64,000 nucleotides of DNA from Fidelibacterota bacterium (GTDB lineage: Bacteria; Fidelibacterota; Marinisomatia; SCGC-AAA003-L08; GCA-002704045), in assembly GCA_002703375.1 (NCBI GenBank), contig NZTO01000049.1, positions 38,901-102,900 of the forward strand. Direction: 5' to 3'. The translations under genes and the position numbers were made by a program. Each line of letters starts with the position of its first letter. Position 1 is the stretch's first letter. This document shows positions 20,402 through 29,902 of this stretch, in pieces. The notes under the pieces were generated by a model. That model did no database searches. It was not told the DNA's origin and worked only from the letters and a program-made list of their open reading frames with translations.

Positions 20402-21211
20402 TTACATAAATGATATATTTTCTAAATTATAATCATTACGCAAATACGTAAAATTTAATAGAAAAAACATGGCTAATTTCTCATTTTTTATATCTTTTCT
20501 TACTTTATTGAAAATAATAAATAAACGGTTTCTCTTATTTGTATCTTTAATATTTTTTTTTAAAAAATTTAATATATCAATCCCTGAATATCCTTTATTA
20601 TATAATTTATTTACTCTATCTATTAATTCTATTGATGTTGTTTTATTTGTTATATCTTTCAATAAAGTTTTAATAGAAATAGATCTTTGGTATTCTATTT
20701 TGTTGAAATCAAATGTTTTATTTACTAAATAATTATGCAGATTTACCTCCTCGTTTAAAATGACCGGCGGTGAAACATAAATCTCTGAAAATCTCGATAA
20801 TATTGGTTTCAATAATTTATATTTATTTTCTACAACAATGAAAAATCTAGTAGTATTACTAAATAATTCTATACATCTTCTTAATGCAGATTGAGCATCT
20901 ATTGTTAATTTGTCAGCATTTAACAAGACAATACTTTTGAATAATTTTTGAGAGTTGTGTATATTTGCTCTTGCAAAAAACTTCAGTTCTTCTCTTATAA
21001 ATTTAATACCTTTTCCATGACCACAATCAATGTAAATTACATATAAATTTATCAGTTCTTTATCATTATAATAAATATCGCTTATAAAATTCTGTAGTAT
21101 TGTCCGTTTACCGGTTCCCGACTCTCCATGAAATATAATGTGTGGTATCTTACGTGTTTGAATAAAATAATTTAATTTTTTTTTGATATCTTTATGAATA
21201 TCTAATCCCAT
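20402..21211 (-). CDS. Replication factor C small subunit-like AAA+ protein
   Basis: IPHIIFHGESGTGK, AQSALRR, PILSRF; Walker B is degenerate (LLNAD). Confidence 0.85.
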   Translation of the reverse strand: MGLDIHKDIKKKLNYFIQTRKIPHIIFHGESGTGKRTILQNFISDIYYNDKELINLYVIYIDCGHGKGIKFIREELKFFARANIHNSQKLFKSIVLLNADKLTIDAQSALRRCIELFSNTTRFFIVVENKYKLLKPILSRFSEIYVSPPVILNEEVNLHNYLVNKTFDFNKIEYQRSISIKTLLKDITNKTTSIELIDRVNKLYNKGYSGIDILNFLKKNIKDTNKRNRLFIIFNKVRKDIKNEKLAMFFLLNFTYLRNDYNLENISFM

Positions 21212-21253
21212 TAATAGTATTTAATACTATAATTTAAATACTATTTATACTTA

Positions 21254-22993
21254 TTAATAACTACTTAAACTTTGTGTAAACGGATTATTTTTAAACGCTT
21301 GTAATAAATCGGGCTCAATTCTATCAGTGTTTGTGTTAGGTAGTTCTTGTTTTCCATGAAGTTGGCCATATGTCTGTATATCCGGAGAATACGATGGGCC
21401 AATTGTAGTGTTTGTTGTACGATAATTCTGGGTATCTCTCTGGGTTACAAGATCAGGATTAATTTGATTATTAAAGGTATCTATATTCCCAGATGGAGTG
21501 AATGAATACGTGTCCCGGTTCACATTGTTTCGTTGCGCGTATTCTGCATCCGATACTCTAACTCCACTATTATTACCACCAGAACCATAGTTCTCTACGT
21601 GAAAATCGCTTCTTTTACTATCCACAGTTCTTTTTTGATCTAATAAATAAGCATTTGAATTTTGCATACCGTTTCGTTGAATGTTCATGTTATACGGCTG
21701 ACTTCCCGTCATCTCTCTAATGGTTGTTTTCGGTTCATTTTTTTGATATACATATTCTCCTCCCGCTCCGGCTCTTTCGACGTTTCCATTGATTCTTATA
21801 TTTCCAATAACGTTATCTTTTTTTGTTGGTCTCAAAAAGTCCATAACTGGAGCCATAATTGCACCAATCGCGCCCCCGGCCGTTCCAAAAGTGTGTGTTT
21901 CGTCTACCGTAGAACGATTATTAGGCAATGTATTATAGGTTCCGCGTCCATTATTTGATTCTGTGGTGGGCGCCGTATTAACTCCTGTAGATATCCCATA
22001 ATTTTCTTTATATGTATGAGGCCGCATTGAACCTTCATAATTTTCTGGTGCCATTCCTTTAATCATGTGCGCACCCCCCGCATTACCACCATAAGCCGAA
22101 AGCGTGCTAATTCTGTTCACATCGGGTAATATTTCAAGAGCACGAGTTGTTTGTCGTTTTTCTAAACCTGTCGTTGTAAGATATCTTTCGGGACCATTCA
22201 TGTAATACGTATCGGGCTTATGTTGTTCCATTTTACCATAAATACCCCGATTTTTAATTTTTGACATTGCTGGACCTTCATGTGTTGCTAGATCATATGT
22301 TCTTTTGGGATTTGTAGATACACGAAGTTCATCTACCGATTTTGGCATCCAATGTTCTCGTGCACCCATCCCCGAATTAAAACCCGTATATCCTTCCCCA
22401 TTCTTTAATCCCGGTGCTTCTCTTTCCTCTTCCCACGGTTTTGTATTGTTTTGTTGTAAACTAGTAGTTTGTCTAGATTGCATAAAATCATTCATATTTG
22501 GAGCACCGTGTGCCCACTGCATTGATTCTTCAGGCTTGAATAAAGGAGCAACCTCCTCTTTATTGTACGATTGAGAACCAGAACCCATTTTATTGTCTAA
22601 AATACTTTCCGCCGTATTATCTTCTAAATTAATACCTTTAATTTTGCTTCCAAAAAAAGGAGCCATATTATTATGTTTAAAATCACTTTGATTTACTACA
22701 TCTCCACTTAAAGAAACAAATTTTGAGCCCATAAATTCCTCTTGTTTTCCATGTAAATCATCATGCGTTATTCTTTCGGAGCTTACCTCTGTAATTGGGT
22801 CTACATTTGAATTGTCCGTTGACCGATATCTTCGACTTTCTACATTATTTGATTCATAATGATTAATTGGTTTTGTATATTTTTGCTCCTTTGTCTCAGG
22901 GTAATTTGTAAATCTCTCTATCGATGGTTTTTTTTCGCTATTCATAATTGTATATACACCTGTGGCACCAGCTAAAGCTATTAGTACTTCCAT
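21254..22993 (-). CDS. Conserved NCLDV protein, probably a virion component
   Basis: HNNMAPFFG, PKSVDELRV, KTTIRE and AFKNNPFT motifs; low complexity. Confidence 0.7.
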   Translation of the reverse strand: MEVLIALAGATGVYTIMNSEKKPSIERFTNYPETKEQKYTKPINHYESNNVESRRYRSTDNSNVDPITEVSSERITHDDLHGKQEEFMGSKFVSLSGDVVNQSDFKHNNMAPFFGSKIKGINLEDNTAESILDNKMGSGSQSYNKEEVAPLFKPEESMQWAHGAPNMNDFMQSRQTTSLQQNNTKPWEEEREAPGLKNGEGYTGFNSGMGAREHWMPKSVDELRVSTNPKRTYDLATHEGPAMSKIKNRGIYGKMEQHKPDTYYMNGPERYLTTTGLEKRQTTRALEILPDVNRISTLSAYGGNAGGAHMIKGMAPENYEGSMRPHTYKENYGISTGVNTAPTTESNNGRGTYNTLPNNRSTVDETHTFGTAGGAIGAIMAPVMDFLRPTKKDNVIGNIRINGNVERAGAGGEYVYQKNEPKTTIREMTGSQPYNMNIQRNGMQNSNAYLLDQKRTVDSKRSDFHVENYGSGGNNSGVRVSDAEYAQRNNVNRDTYSFTPSGNIDTFNNQINPDLVTQRDTQNYRTTNTTIGPSYSPDIQTYGQLHGKQELPNTNTDRIEPDLLQAFKNNPFTQSLSSY

Positions 22994-23048
22994 TATATAT
23001 ATGTTACTATATTTTTTGATAATTTTAATGTTAAAACTAAAAATAAAA

Positions 23049-23513
23049 TTATCTATTATTTAAATTTTTCTCAAAATTATTTTTTTGTTGAACTCTAGAA
23101 CTTATATTATTTGCAAATGTAATTACAGACTTTGATTGATAATCATGAAGTGGCTCCTCCCATCTCTCTATATTTTTGTCTAGAAAACTCCAAGCAGGGT
23201 GCGTCGCTCTCGATTGGTCCGTCATCATATTCACACTAGAATAAGGCAAATCACCTTGCTTCACCTTTTCATAAGTATATTTTGTTTCGTCCCTATTTAA
23301 AGGACGATCCGCTCGCCTTAACTTATTTTCTAAATCAATCATATTTGGAGTAAAATTTGCCCCCCATTTTTGTAATCTTATGTGTGGATCATTGTGAAAA
23401 GGCATATTAGTTCCTGGACCAGGCATAGTTAATACATATCGACCACTTCCTGTTGATTGTTGTAATTCTTTTTCAACTCTCGCTATATCATTTTTAATAC
23501 TTGTCAAAGCCAT
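23049..23513 (-). CDS. Conserved hypothetical protein (paralogous family)
   Basis: DPHIRLQKWGAN, IDLENKLR, QSRATHPAW. Confidence 0.7.
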   Translation of the reverse strand: MALTSIKNDIARVEKELQQSTGSGRYVLTMPGPGTNMPFHNDPHIRLQKWGANFTPNMIDLENKLRRADRPLNRDETKYTYEKVKQGDLPYSSVNMMTDQSRATHPAWSFLDKNIERWEEPLHDYQSKSVITFANNISSRVQQKNNFEKNLNNR

Positions 23514-23523
23514 ATATTATTAC

Positions 23524-23892
23524 TTAAGAATTTATATTTGGAAATGGTCTTTCTTTTGTACTTATCTCCAAATCCGCCGGAAGAACCATTCCAGGTTTCT
23601 TAAAAAACTCAACCTGCTTTAACGGTGTTAATTTTGGAAATGTTGGAAACTTGGGATTTACTAAATTAGTTGAACCAATTCCTCTTAGTGCAGATTCAAT
23701 ATCCACCGAATTACTACTTAACATTGTTCTGTTTATCTTACTCGGTGGAGCAGAACCACCTGATGGAATTGCTGGTAAATAAGGTTTTCCATAACTATAC
23801 TCTGTATTTAAGTTATAATCCTGAAATCTCCTAAATTCCTCTTGCTCTAATTCATAGTTCCCATAAGTATTTTTATTTCTGGTGGATGTCAT
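23524..23892 (-). CDS. Conserved hypothetical protein (paralogous family)
   Basis: STRNKNT.GNY, NSVDIESALRGIGSTNLV. Confidence 0.7.
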   Translation of the reverse strand: MTSTRNKNTYGNYELEQEEFRRFQDYNLNTEYSYGKPYLPAIPSGGSAPPSKINRTMLSSNSVDIESALRGIGSTNLVNPKFPTFPKLTPLKQVEFFKKPGMVLPADLEISTKERPFPNINS

Positions 23893-23943
23893 TTATTTAT
23901 ATAAATAAACAATATAAATTATATTAAAAATATAAAACGACAT

Positions 23944-24297
23944 TCAAGCCTTTACAATTTTCTCTATTTCATTTATAGTTAAAACAATACTCTCACAAAT
24001 GTTCTTGTTATTTGAAAAATAAGTTTGTATACACTTATGCAGCAAATGAAATGTATCATATGCAAATAATCTAACAATTCCCCATTCTGTATCTGCATTA
24101 TCAAATAATGAATTACTATCGCAAGAAACTTTAAATAAATCATCAAAAACCTTTTCTTTTTTCAATTCCTCATATAATGCAAATCGTTTATTTGCTATCA
24201 ACTCTTCATCCCAGTTATTTGTTCCAAATACCATAAAAAAAACTTCTTGATAATCACTTAAATTATTATAACTAACGTCTAAATTATAGTTATACAT
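23944..24297 (-). CDS. Hypothetical protein
   Basis: LFAYDTFHLLHKCI motif; ATG at 24297. Confidence 0.6.
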   Translation of the reverse strand: MYNYNLDVSYNNLSDYQEVFFMVFGTNNWDEELIANKRFALYEELKKEKVFDDLFKVSCDSNSLFDNADTEWGIVRLFAYDTFHLLHKCIQTYFSNNKNICESIVLTINEIEKIVKA

Positions 24298-24330
24298 CAA
24301 TAATTATAATTTATTTTTTTAAATGAAAAT

Positions 24331-24891
24331 TTAATTAATTTGTTTCTTGGTGTACTCTCTACTCGGTAAACCACCTCTTATCCAACCATCTGAAGCAACA
24401 CCCTCAATAAGATTATTTGGATTTTGTACTTTAGTGGCCACTTCCGGTATCATTGGAGTATGCTTTAAAGGAATATACGATTTCTCTGATAACTGTGTTG
24501 CTGTTTTTCTGTGTGTTTCTTGAACACCATATCTTAGTTTTGTTTCTAGATTTGGATCCACCTTACCTTTACCTAAATATGGAACCGTTAAATATTGTCT
24601 TTCTTGTAATGATATCTTTCCCTTGTCATGTATTAAATTCTTATCAATCAATAATTGCGAATTAGTATCGATATTCGTTCCTTTTAATGCTGTACTATGT
24701 GTCCCACTATAATTAAACATCGGTTGTTTCAACGCTTGAGATATTCCCGACCGCATTTCATAATCGTTCGCATAAAGATTTTCCAATTGGTAATTACCCA
24801 ATTTTGTATTTTGAACATTTTTTTGACTAAGATCCGATACATCATTTCCTATTCTAGATAAACCATTAAACATGAAATCACTTCTTTGCAT
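24331..24891 (-). CDS. Conserved hypothetical protein
   Basis: SRIGND, YLTVPYLGKG, GWIRGGLPSR. Confidence 0.7.
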   Translation of the reverse strand: MQRSDFMFNGLSRIGNDVSDLSQKNVQNTKLGNYQLENLYANDYEMRSGISQALKQPMFNYSGTHSTALKGTNIDTNSQLLIDKNLIHDKGKISLQERQYLTVPYLGKGKVDPNLETKLRYGVQETHRKTATQLSEKSYIPLKHTPMIPEVATKVQNPNNLIEGVASDGWIRGGLPSREYTKKQIN

Positions 24892-24931
24892 ATATAATCT
24901 AAAAATATAATATTTTTATAATATTAAATTT

Positions 24932-25585
24932 TTATTTTGGAACTAGAAGTGAACCATCCTTTGTCGATTTTAAATCACCGTAAAGAAAGTTTTTAAAAGA
25001 CTGCTGATCATTTGGTATTTCTGTATTTGCCGTTGAATAAAAGTTTCTCATCGAATAATCAAACATAGTATTATTTCCTAAATCCTGGAATAATTTTTTT
25101 TCTATTTCAACGTTGTTATTATTAATTTCTTTGATCATTTCTTTCGTTTTTATATTTATTTCATTATTCATATCATCGTGATAAGCCGGAGGCGCAGGTT
25201 TTCTTCCGGGATTATCTTGATAATCTGTTAACAAAACATTACCAAGAGGATTATTAGACGTGGGCTTCTTATATTCCTTAACTTCTTCATCCAATAAAAT
25301 ATCTTTTTCGGTTTCTATTTCTTTTGAACCACCACTTGTAAACTCTTCTAAAACATTTGATTTACTATATTTCACTACTATTATTACTATTAGAACAGAA
25401 ATCCCAATAAATAAATGTTTATAGGAGTTGAATATAATAAATCCTAAAATAGATAAAATTATTATTAATCTAGACAGCGAATTCAATTTTTGATTAAAAG
25501 ACATAAATTCCATTGGCCATAATTCACTAATATAATCTGTATCTACTAAAATAGCAGGATCGTTAATCCAAAAATTTATTGTCAT
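24932..25585 (-). CDS. Minor capsid protein P9-like membrane protein
   Basis: FWINDP..LWP...KLNSLSR, two TM helices, PTSNNPLGNVL, RNFYS..NT.IPNDQ..F..FLYG. Confidence 0.7.
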   Translation of the reverse strand: MTINFWINDPAILVDTDYISELWPMEFMSFNQKLNSLSRLIIILSILGFIIFNSYKHLFIGISVLIVIIVVKYSKSNVLEEFTSGGSKEIETEKDILLDEEVKEYKKPTSNNPLGNVLLTDYQDNPGRKPAPPAYHDDMNNEINIKTKEMIKEINNNNVEIEKKLFQDLGNNTMFDYSMRNFYSTANTEIPNDQQSFKNFLYGDLKSTKDGSLLVPK

Positions 25586-25621
25586 TATATATATGATTTG
25601 TTATTTTTTTGTTATTAAACA

Positions 25622-26806
25622 TTAATTACCTTTCTTCTTCTTCTTCTTCTTCTTTTTCTTATTTTTAGGCTTTGCTTCTTCTACATTATCAGATATATAT
25701 GATTTATCTACCTTTTCTCCCGTAACAAATTTATTATCGACCAGTTTTCCACTATTTTTTCTTTCATCTAATTTTTTTTTTAATCTCTCTTTCAGTTTCG
25801 CGTTTTTTAAATTCGAATTCAAGTTATTTTGCATGGCATTTAAATCTAATTTTCCCTTTCCTTTCGGTACTCCAGGCATACCCATATTCTTAAATAGTTC
25901 ATCCATATTCTTCATACCCGGCATTTTTTTCATTTTTTTTAATATCTCTGAAGCCTCCTCTAACAATTCACTTTCTTTCATCTCTCCACTTTTAAATTTA
26001 TCTTCTAGTTTTGTACTTATAGATTTCACAATCTTCATCAACTTTTGAGGATTCTTTACTAAAGACTTGAACACTCCATCCATATCTTCAACACCTTTCA
26101 TATCCTCTTTTAGATCATTTGCGGTTTCTTCTGCAATTTCTTTTGCTAAAGAACCTATTTTCCCTTCCATTAAATCATTTATATGTTCATGCATATCCTC
26201 TGCCGATGGCATATTTTGAGATACGTCGTTATCAAATATATTACCCATATTTGATATTGTTTCTTCTAATTTTGCTTTGAATTGTTGTTCATCTATTGCT
26301 TTAAACATATCAGCAGAATCCCCAAAAAGTTTTTTAGAGTCCACATCATTTACACAAACAAAAAGAATGATTTGTAAATATTTCCAAATAATGTCCTTCG
26401 TCTTATCGCTTATGTTCGTTTTCCAAATAAACTTAAAATTTATCTTCGGTAGAAAATTTAACTCTTCTGTATCCTCATTAGTAAAAATATCCTCGTTCTT
26501 GTATAAAATATTAAAAAAATGTTTTGGATAAATATTTTTACAATAATCAAATAAATCTTTATATTCCTTTTCGGTTAAATCGGTGCTTAAATTGTACTCA
26601 GGAAACGTTTTTCTCATATCATTAAAAAAATCATTTATTACATCCTTAAATTTATTCATTGGAGATACGTTGGGTTCATTTGTATCCTCCTCCTCTTGTT
26701 CCTCCTCTTGTTCCTCCTCTTGTTCCTCCTCTTGCGGTTCACCCTCCTCTTGCGGATCACCCTCCTCCACTGGTTCTTCGTTATTTACGGGTTGTTTTTC
26801 ATCCAT
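25622..26806 (-). CDS. Conserved helical hypothetical protein
   Basis: IWKYLQ, GKIGSLAKEIAEE; acidic repeat at the N-terminus and a poly-Lys C-terminus. Confidence 0.75.
   Translation of the reverse strand: MDEKQPVNNEEPVEEGDPQEEGEPQEEEQEEEQEEEQEEEDTNEPNVSPMNKFKDVINDFFNDMRKTFPEYNLSTDLTEKEYKDLFDYCKNIYPKHFFNILYKNEDIFTNEDTEELNFLPKINFKFIWKTNISDKTKDIIWKYLQIILFVCVNDVDSKKLFGDSADMFKAIDEQQFKAKLEETISNMGNIFDNDVSQNMPSAEDMHEHINDLMEGKIGSLAKEIAEETANDLKEDMKGVEDMDGVFKSLVKNPQKLMKIVKSISTKLEDKFKSGEMKESELLEEASEILKKMKKMPGMKNMDELFKNMGMPGVPKGKGKLDLNAMQNNLNSNLKNAKLKERLKKKLDERKNSGKLVDNKFVTGEKVDKSYISDNVEEAKPKNKKKKKKKKKKGN
26685..26768. repeat. 12-bp and 18-bp coding tandem repeats (QEEE / PQEEG)
   Basis: TCCTCCTCTTGT units read directly. 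Confidence 0.85.
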
Positions 26807-26857
26807 ATAAGTAATTTAATTTATAATGTTTAAATTAAATTACTTATTATTATTAAT

Positions 26858-27301
26858 TTATTCTTTTTGTGCTTTTTTAATAACGTACAAAAGAGATAAT
26901 TTTGATACAGTTTTTACATATTTCATCCATCTCGATTTTACATGATCCGAAAATTTATGTAATTCTTTTCTTATGGTATGTATAGTTTCCAGGGCTTTTT
27001 TTGCATTTACAAGTGCCCCATCTTCTATATCCCACGAATAATCTTTTTCCGCAAAAAAATTAAAATCACCATCGTCAATATATTTTTTATATCTTGCGTA
27101 TATCTGTTTATAATATCCCGTAATAAATAATATAGGATTTAATTTAATAAAATTACAAACCAATTCACAACCACCTCTTATAGTTTTATGTGTTTTATTA
27201 TTTTCCTCTTTGAATAGAGATACTGTCCATTCCATCCACTCTTTATAATTTTTACAAAATGCATTCAATATTGATTTTTCGTCTATAACTAAATTATTCA
27301 T
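26858..27301 (-). CDS. Conserved hypothetical protein
   Basis: I..GDFNFF.EKDY motif. Confidence 0.65.
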   Translation of the reverse strand: MNNLVIDEKSILNAFCKNYKEWMEWTVSLFKEENNKTHKTIRGGCELVCNFIKLNPILFITGYYKQIYARYKKYIDDGDFNFFAEKDYSWDIEDGALVNAKKALETIHTIRKELHKFSDHVKSRWMKYVKTVSKLSLLYVIKKAQKE

Positions 27302-27334
27302 ATTAATACTATTATTAAATATTATTTATATTAT

Positions 27335-27901
27335 TTATATTCTTTTATTTTGTTTTACCTCTAATTCTCTGTCTTGTATTAGTTTTTCCATATCTACTCC
27401 ATTTGTTCCTATCTTGTCTGGAACATAGTTATCAGGTGGCGTTTCTATTGAAGTCTCTGATAATGGTGTACAATAATTATGCATTTGTCTAACTCCCCCA
27501 GAACCCTTTGCCGACAGTTCATCCGAACTCATGTCGTAGTCGCTATAATTGTCAGAGTGAACACCAAAAAGACTATTTTTATATATGGCATAACAATCTG
27601 GCTCGTCGATTTCCGTAGTTTTACCAGAATTTATCTTGCTATTTAAATAATCCATTATATCATCCCCCTCTATTATTTTATTTCCGCGATTTAACAACAA
27701 TAAAGATGGAACCTTCGTTATCTCTTTCGGTAACTCCATTTCCGTTCCATTTTCTAATATAACCACTATTATATCTTCTTTCATTTTCCTCTTATCAATA
27801 CATATATAATGCAAATCATTTCTTAATGGATGTTTCACTATTTTTGCAAGCGTTCTCTCACAATTCTTACAAAAATTACTATAGAAAAATATTGAATTCA
27901 T
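27335..27901 (-). CDS. Thioredoxin/glutaredoxin-fold protein
   Basis: FYSNFCKNC (CxxC), ICID, cis-Pro motif KVPSLLL. Confidence 0.7.
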   Translation of the reverse strand: MNSIFFYSNFCKNCERTLAKIVKHPLRNDLHYICIDKRKMKEDIIVVILENGTEMELPKEITKVPSLLLLNRGNKIIEGDDIMDYLNSKINSGKTTEIDEPDCYAIYKNSLFGVHSDNYSDYDMSSDELSAKGSGGVRQMHNYCTPLSETSIETPPDNYVPDKIGTNGVDMEKLIQDRELEVKQNKRI

Positions 27902-27950
27902 ATTAATAATAATTTATTTATTCTTTTTAAATTAAACATATTTAATATTA

Positions 27951-27958
27951 AAAATTGA
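27951..27958 (+). promoter_or_regulatory. AAAATTGA early promoter
   Basis: 30 nt upstream of the Rpb3/11 ATG. Confidence 0.75.
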
Positions 27959-27988
27959 ACATATAAAAATATATATATCAATATATAA

Positions 27989-29092
27989 ATGAATCCAAGA
28001 TTAGATCGTGTTTCTCAAAATGAAAATAAACTTACACTATCATTCACAAATACTAACTATAGTATTATAAATGCTTTACGTAGAACTATAATATCTGATA
28101 TTCCTGTTGTTTCTTTTACTACATTTCCTCACGAAAACAATAGGTGCGAAATCTTTAAAAATACTAGTGGACTTAACAATGAAATAATTAAACATAGACT
28201 AGCATGTATCCCCGTACATTTGGACCCCACTAGTAAAACATATGAAACACTTAAGGTTGTTCTTAAGAAGAAAAATGATACAGACCAAATTATGTTCGCA
28301 ACAACTGGTGATTTTCAAATTTATGACACCAATACGGATAAACCCTTGTCTACCGCCGATAGAAATGAAATTTTCCCACCCAATGAAATTACTAAATATT
28401 TCATCGATTTTGTTCGTCTAAATCCAGAAATATCCAAAGAAATCCCCGGAGAAGAAATACATCTTGAAGCCATGCTTGATATTAATACTGCTGTAAAAAA
28501 TGGGTGTTATAATTGTGTATCTACTTGCAGTTACATTAATACTCCTGATACCATCCGCGCAAATGATATATGGATCACTAAAGAAAAGGAACTAAAAGCC
28601 TTAAAAACACCCAAAGAAAAAATCGAATCTCTCAAAAAAGATTGGTTCCTATTAGATGCAAATCGTATATATATTGAAAATAGTTTTGAATTTACGATTG
28701 AAACTATTGGTATTTATTCTAATGAAAATATATTTAAAATGGCATGCACTGTTCTGCTAAATCAACTTGAGGAATTAAAGGATAATATTACCAGTGGTTC
28801 TGTTATTATCAATCAACCGATGTCTACTACCGAAAATGAATACGAAGTTATATTGGAAAACATCGATTTCACTATCGGAAAAGTTATTGAATATTATATG
28901 TATGAAATATATTACAACCAAAGAAGTGTTCTCACTTTATGTGGTTTTTATAAAAAACACCCTCATGAAAATTATTCCATCCTTCGCCTTGCATTAACAG
29001 AACCTAGTGATAAATCTATTGTGAATGAATATCTTATTACTTGCATCGAAGAAGCAAAGAAAATATTCGCCACCTTCAATTCTAAATTTTAA
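27989..29092 (+). CDS. DNA-directed RNA polymerase subunit Rpb3/Rpb11 fusion
   Basis: NALRRTIISDIP, HRLACIP; C-terminal Rpb11-like segment DFTIG...GFYKKHPH. Confidence 0.9.
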   Translation: MNPRLDRVSQNENKLTLSFTNTNYSIINALRRTIISDIPVVSFTTFPHENNRCEIFKNTSGLNNEIIKHRLACIPVHLDPTSKTYETLKVVLKKKNDTDQIMFATTGDFQIYDTNTDKPLSTADRNEIFPPNEITKYFIDFVRLNPEISKEIPGEEIHLEAMLDINTAVKNGCYNCVSTCSYINTPDTIRANDIWITKEKELKALKTPKEKIESLKKDWFLLDANRIYIENSFEFTIETIGIYSNENIFKMACTVLLNQLEELKDNITSGSVIINQPMSTTENEYEVILENIDFTIGKVIEYYMYEIYYNQRSVLTLCGFYKKHPHENYSILRLALTEPSDKSIVNEYLITCIEEAKKIFATFNSKF

Positions 29093-29116
29093 TTAACGCA
29101 AATGAACCGCGGATTT

Positions 29117-29872
29117 CTATATAATCTCGTCGACCAACCCAAACCCTAAACACGTTTCTGCATCTAACCATAAATCTTTCTGCAATAAGTAATTTAAATG
29201 AGCAGATTTTAATTTCGTACGATTTAAATAAATATTTCCTATGATGTTCATCAATACCCCCATATTTGTCATCTGATCCTGGAGTTCATTGTATTTTCCC
29301 GAATCCGTACCAGATAATTGATGTATTAACATTAAAGAATTTTTTGTCATGTACCTCTTCTTACCCACCACACTTATCAATGTTGCCGCACTCGCCGCAA
29401 AACCATCGATATAAGTATATACAGGTGTTTTAAGATTTTGAATTACATCTAATACATATAATGTATGATACAAACTACCTCCCTGACTTTGAATATGCAA
29501 ATGAATTGGTGGTGGTTTTATTTTATACTGTAAATGAAATATTTGCGATTTCACATCTAAGTCATTTAACCTATTTTTTAACTCATAACAACTTCTTTGG
29601 GAAACCGGACCGTAAAAATATATTTCATTATTAATATCGTGGATTATTCCTACCTCTCCACTTACCACATCTTCATTTAAAAATATCTTTTTCTGTATGT
29701 CACTCTCCTTTTTAATATACGGTTCGCGCTTTACAATATCCGCAGATTCATCCTTATTTGTATTGAACGAAGAAGTCATCCCGATAAAACTACCTAAAGC
29801 TTGCCGACGATTTATCGAAAAACTGTCGGACCCCAAAAAAAGCACTGTTAAAAGTACTTGCTTTAAATACAT
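29117..29872 (-). CDS. clpP: ClpP-like serine protease with an N-terminal targeting extension
   Basis: IYFYGPV, IHLHIQSQGG, GFAASAAT (Ser), LIHQ (His), DLWL (Asp), GLVDEII. Confidence 0.9.
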   Translation of the reverse strand: MYLKQVLLTVLFLGSDSFSINRRQALGSFIGMTSSFNTNKDESADIVKREPYIKKESDIQKKIFLNEDVVSGEVGIIHDINNEIYFYGPVSQRSCYELKNRLNDLDVKSQIFHLQYKIKPPPIHLHIQSQGGSLYHTLYVLDVIQNLKTPVYTYIDGFAASAATLISVVGKKRYMTKNSLMLIHQLSGTDSGKYNELQDQMTNMGVLMNIIGNIYLNRTKLKSAHLNYLLQKDLWLDAETCLGFGLVDEII

Positions 29873-29902
29873 TTATATATATATATATAAAGGTATTTAA
29901 AA

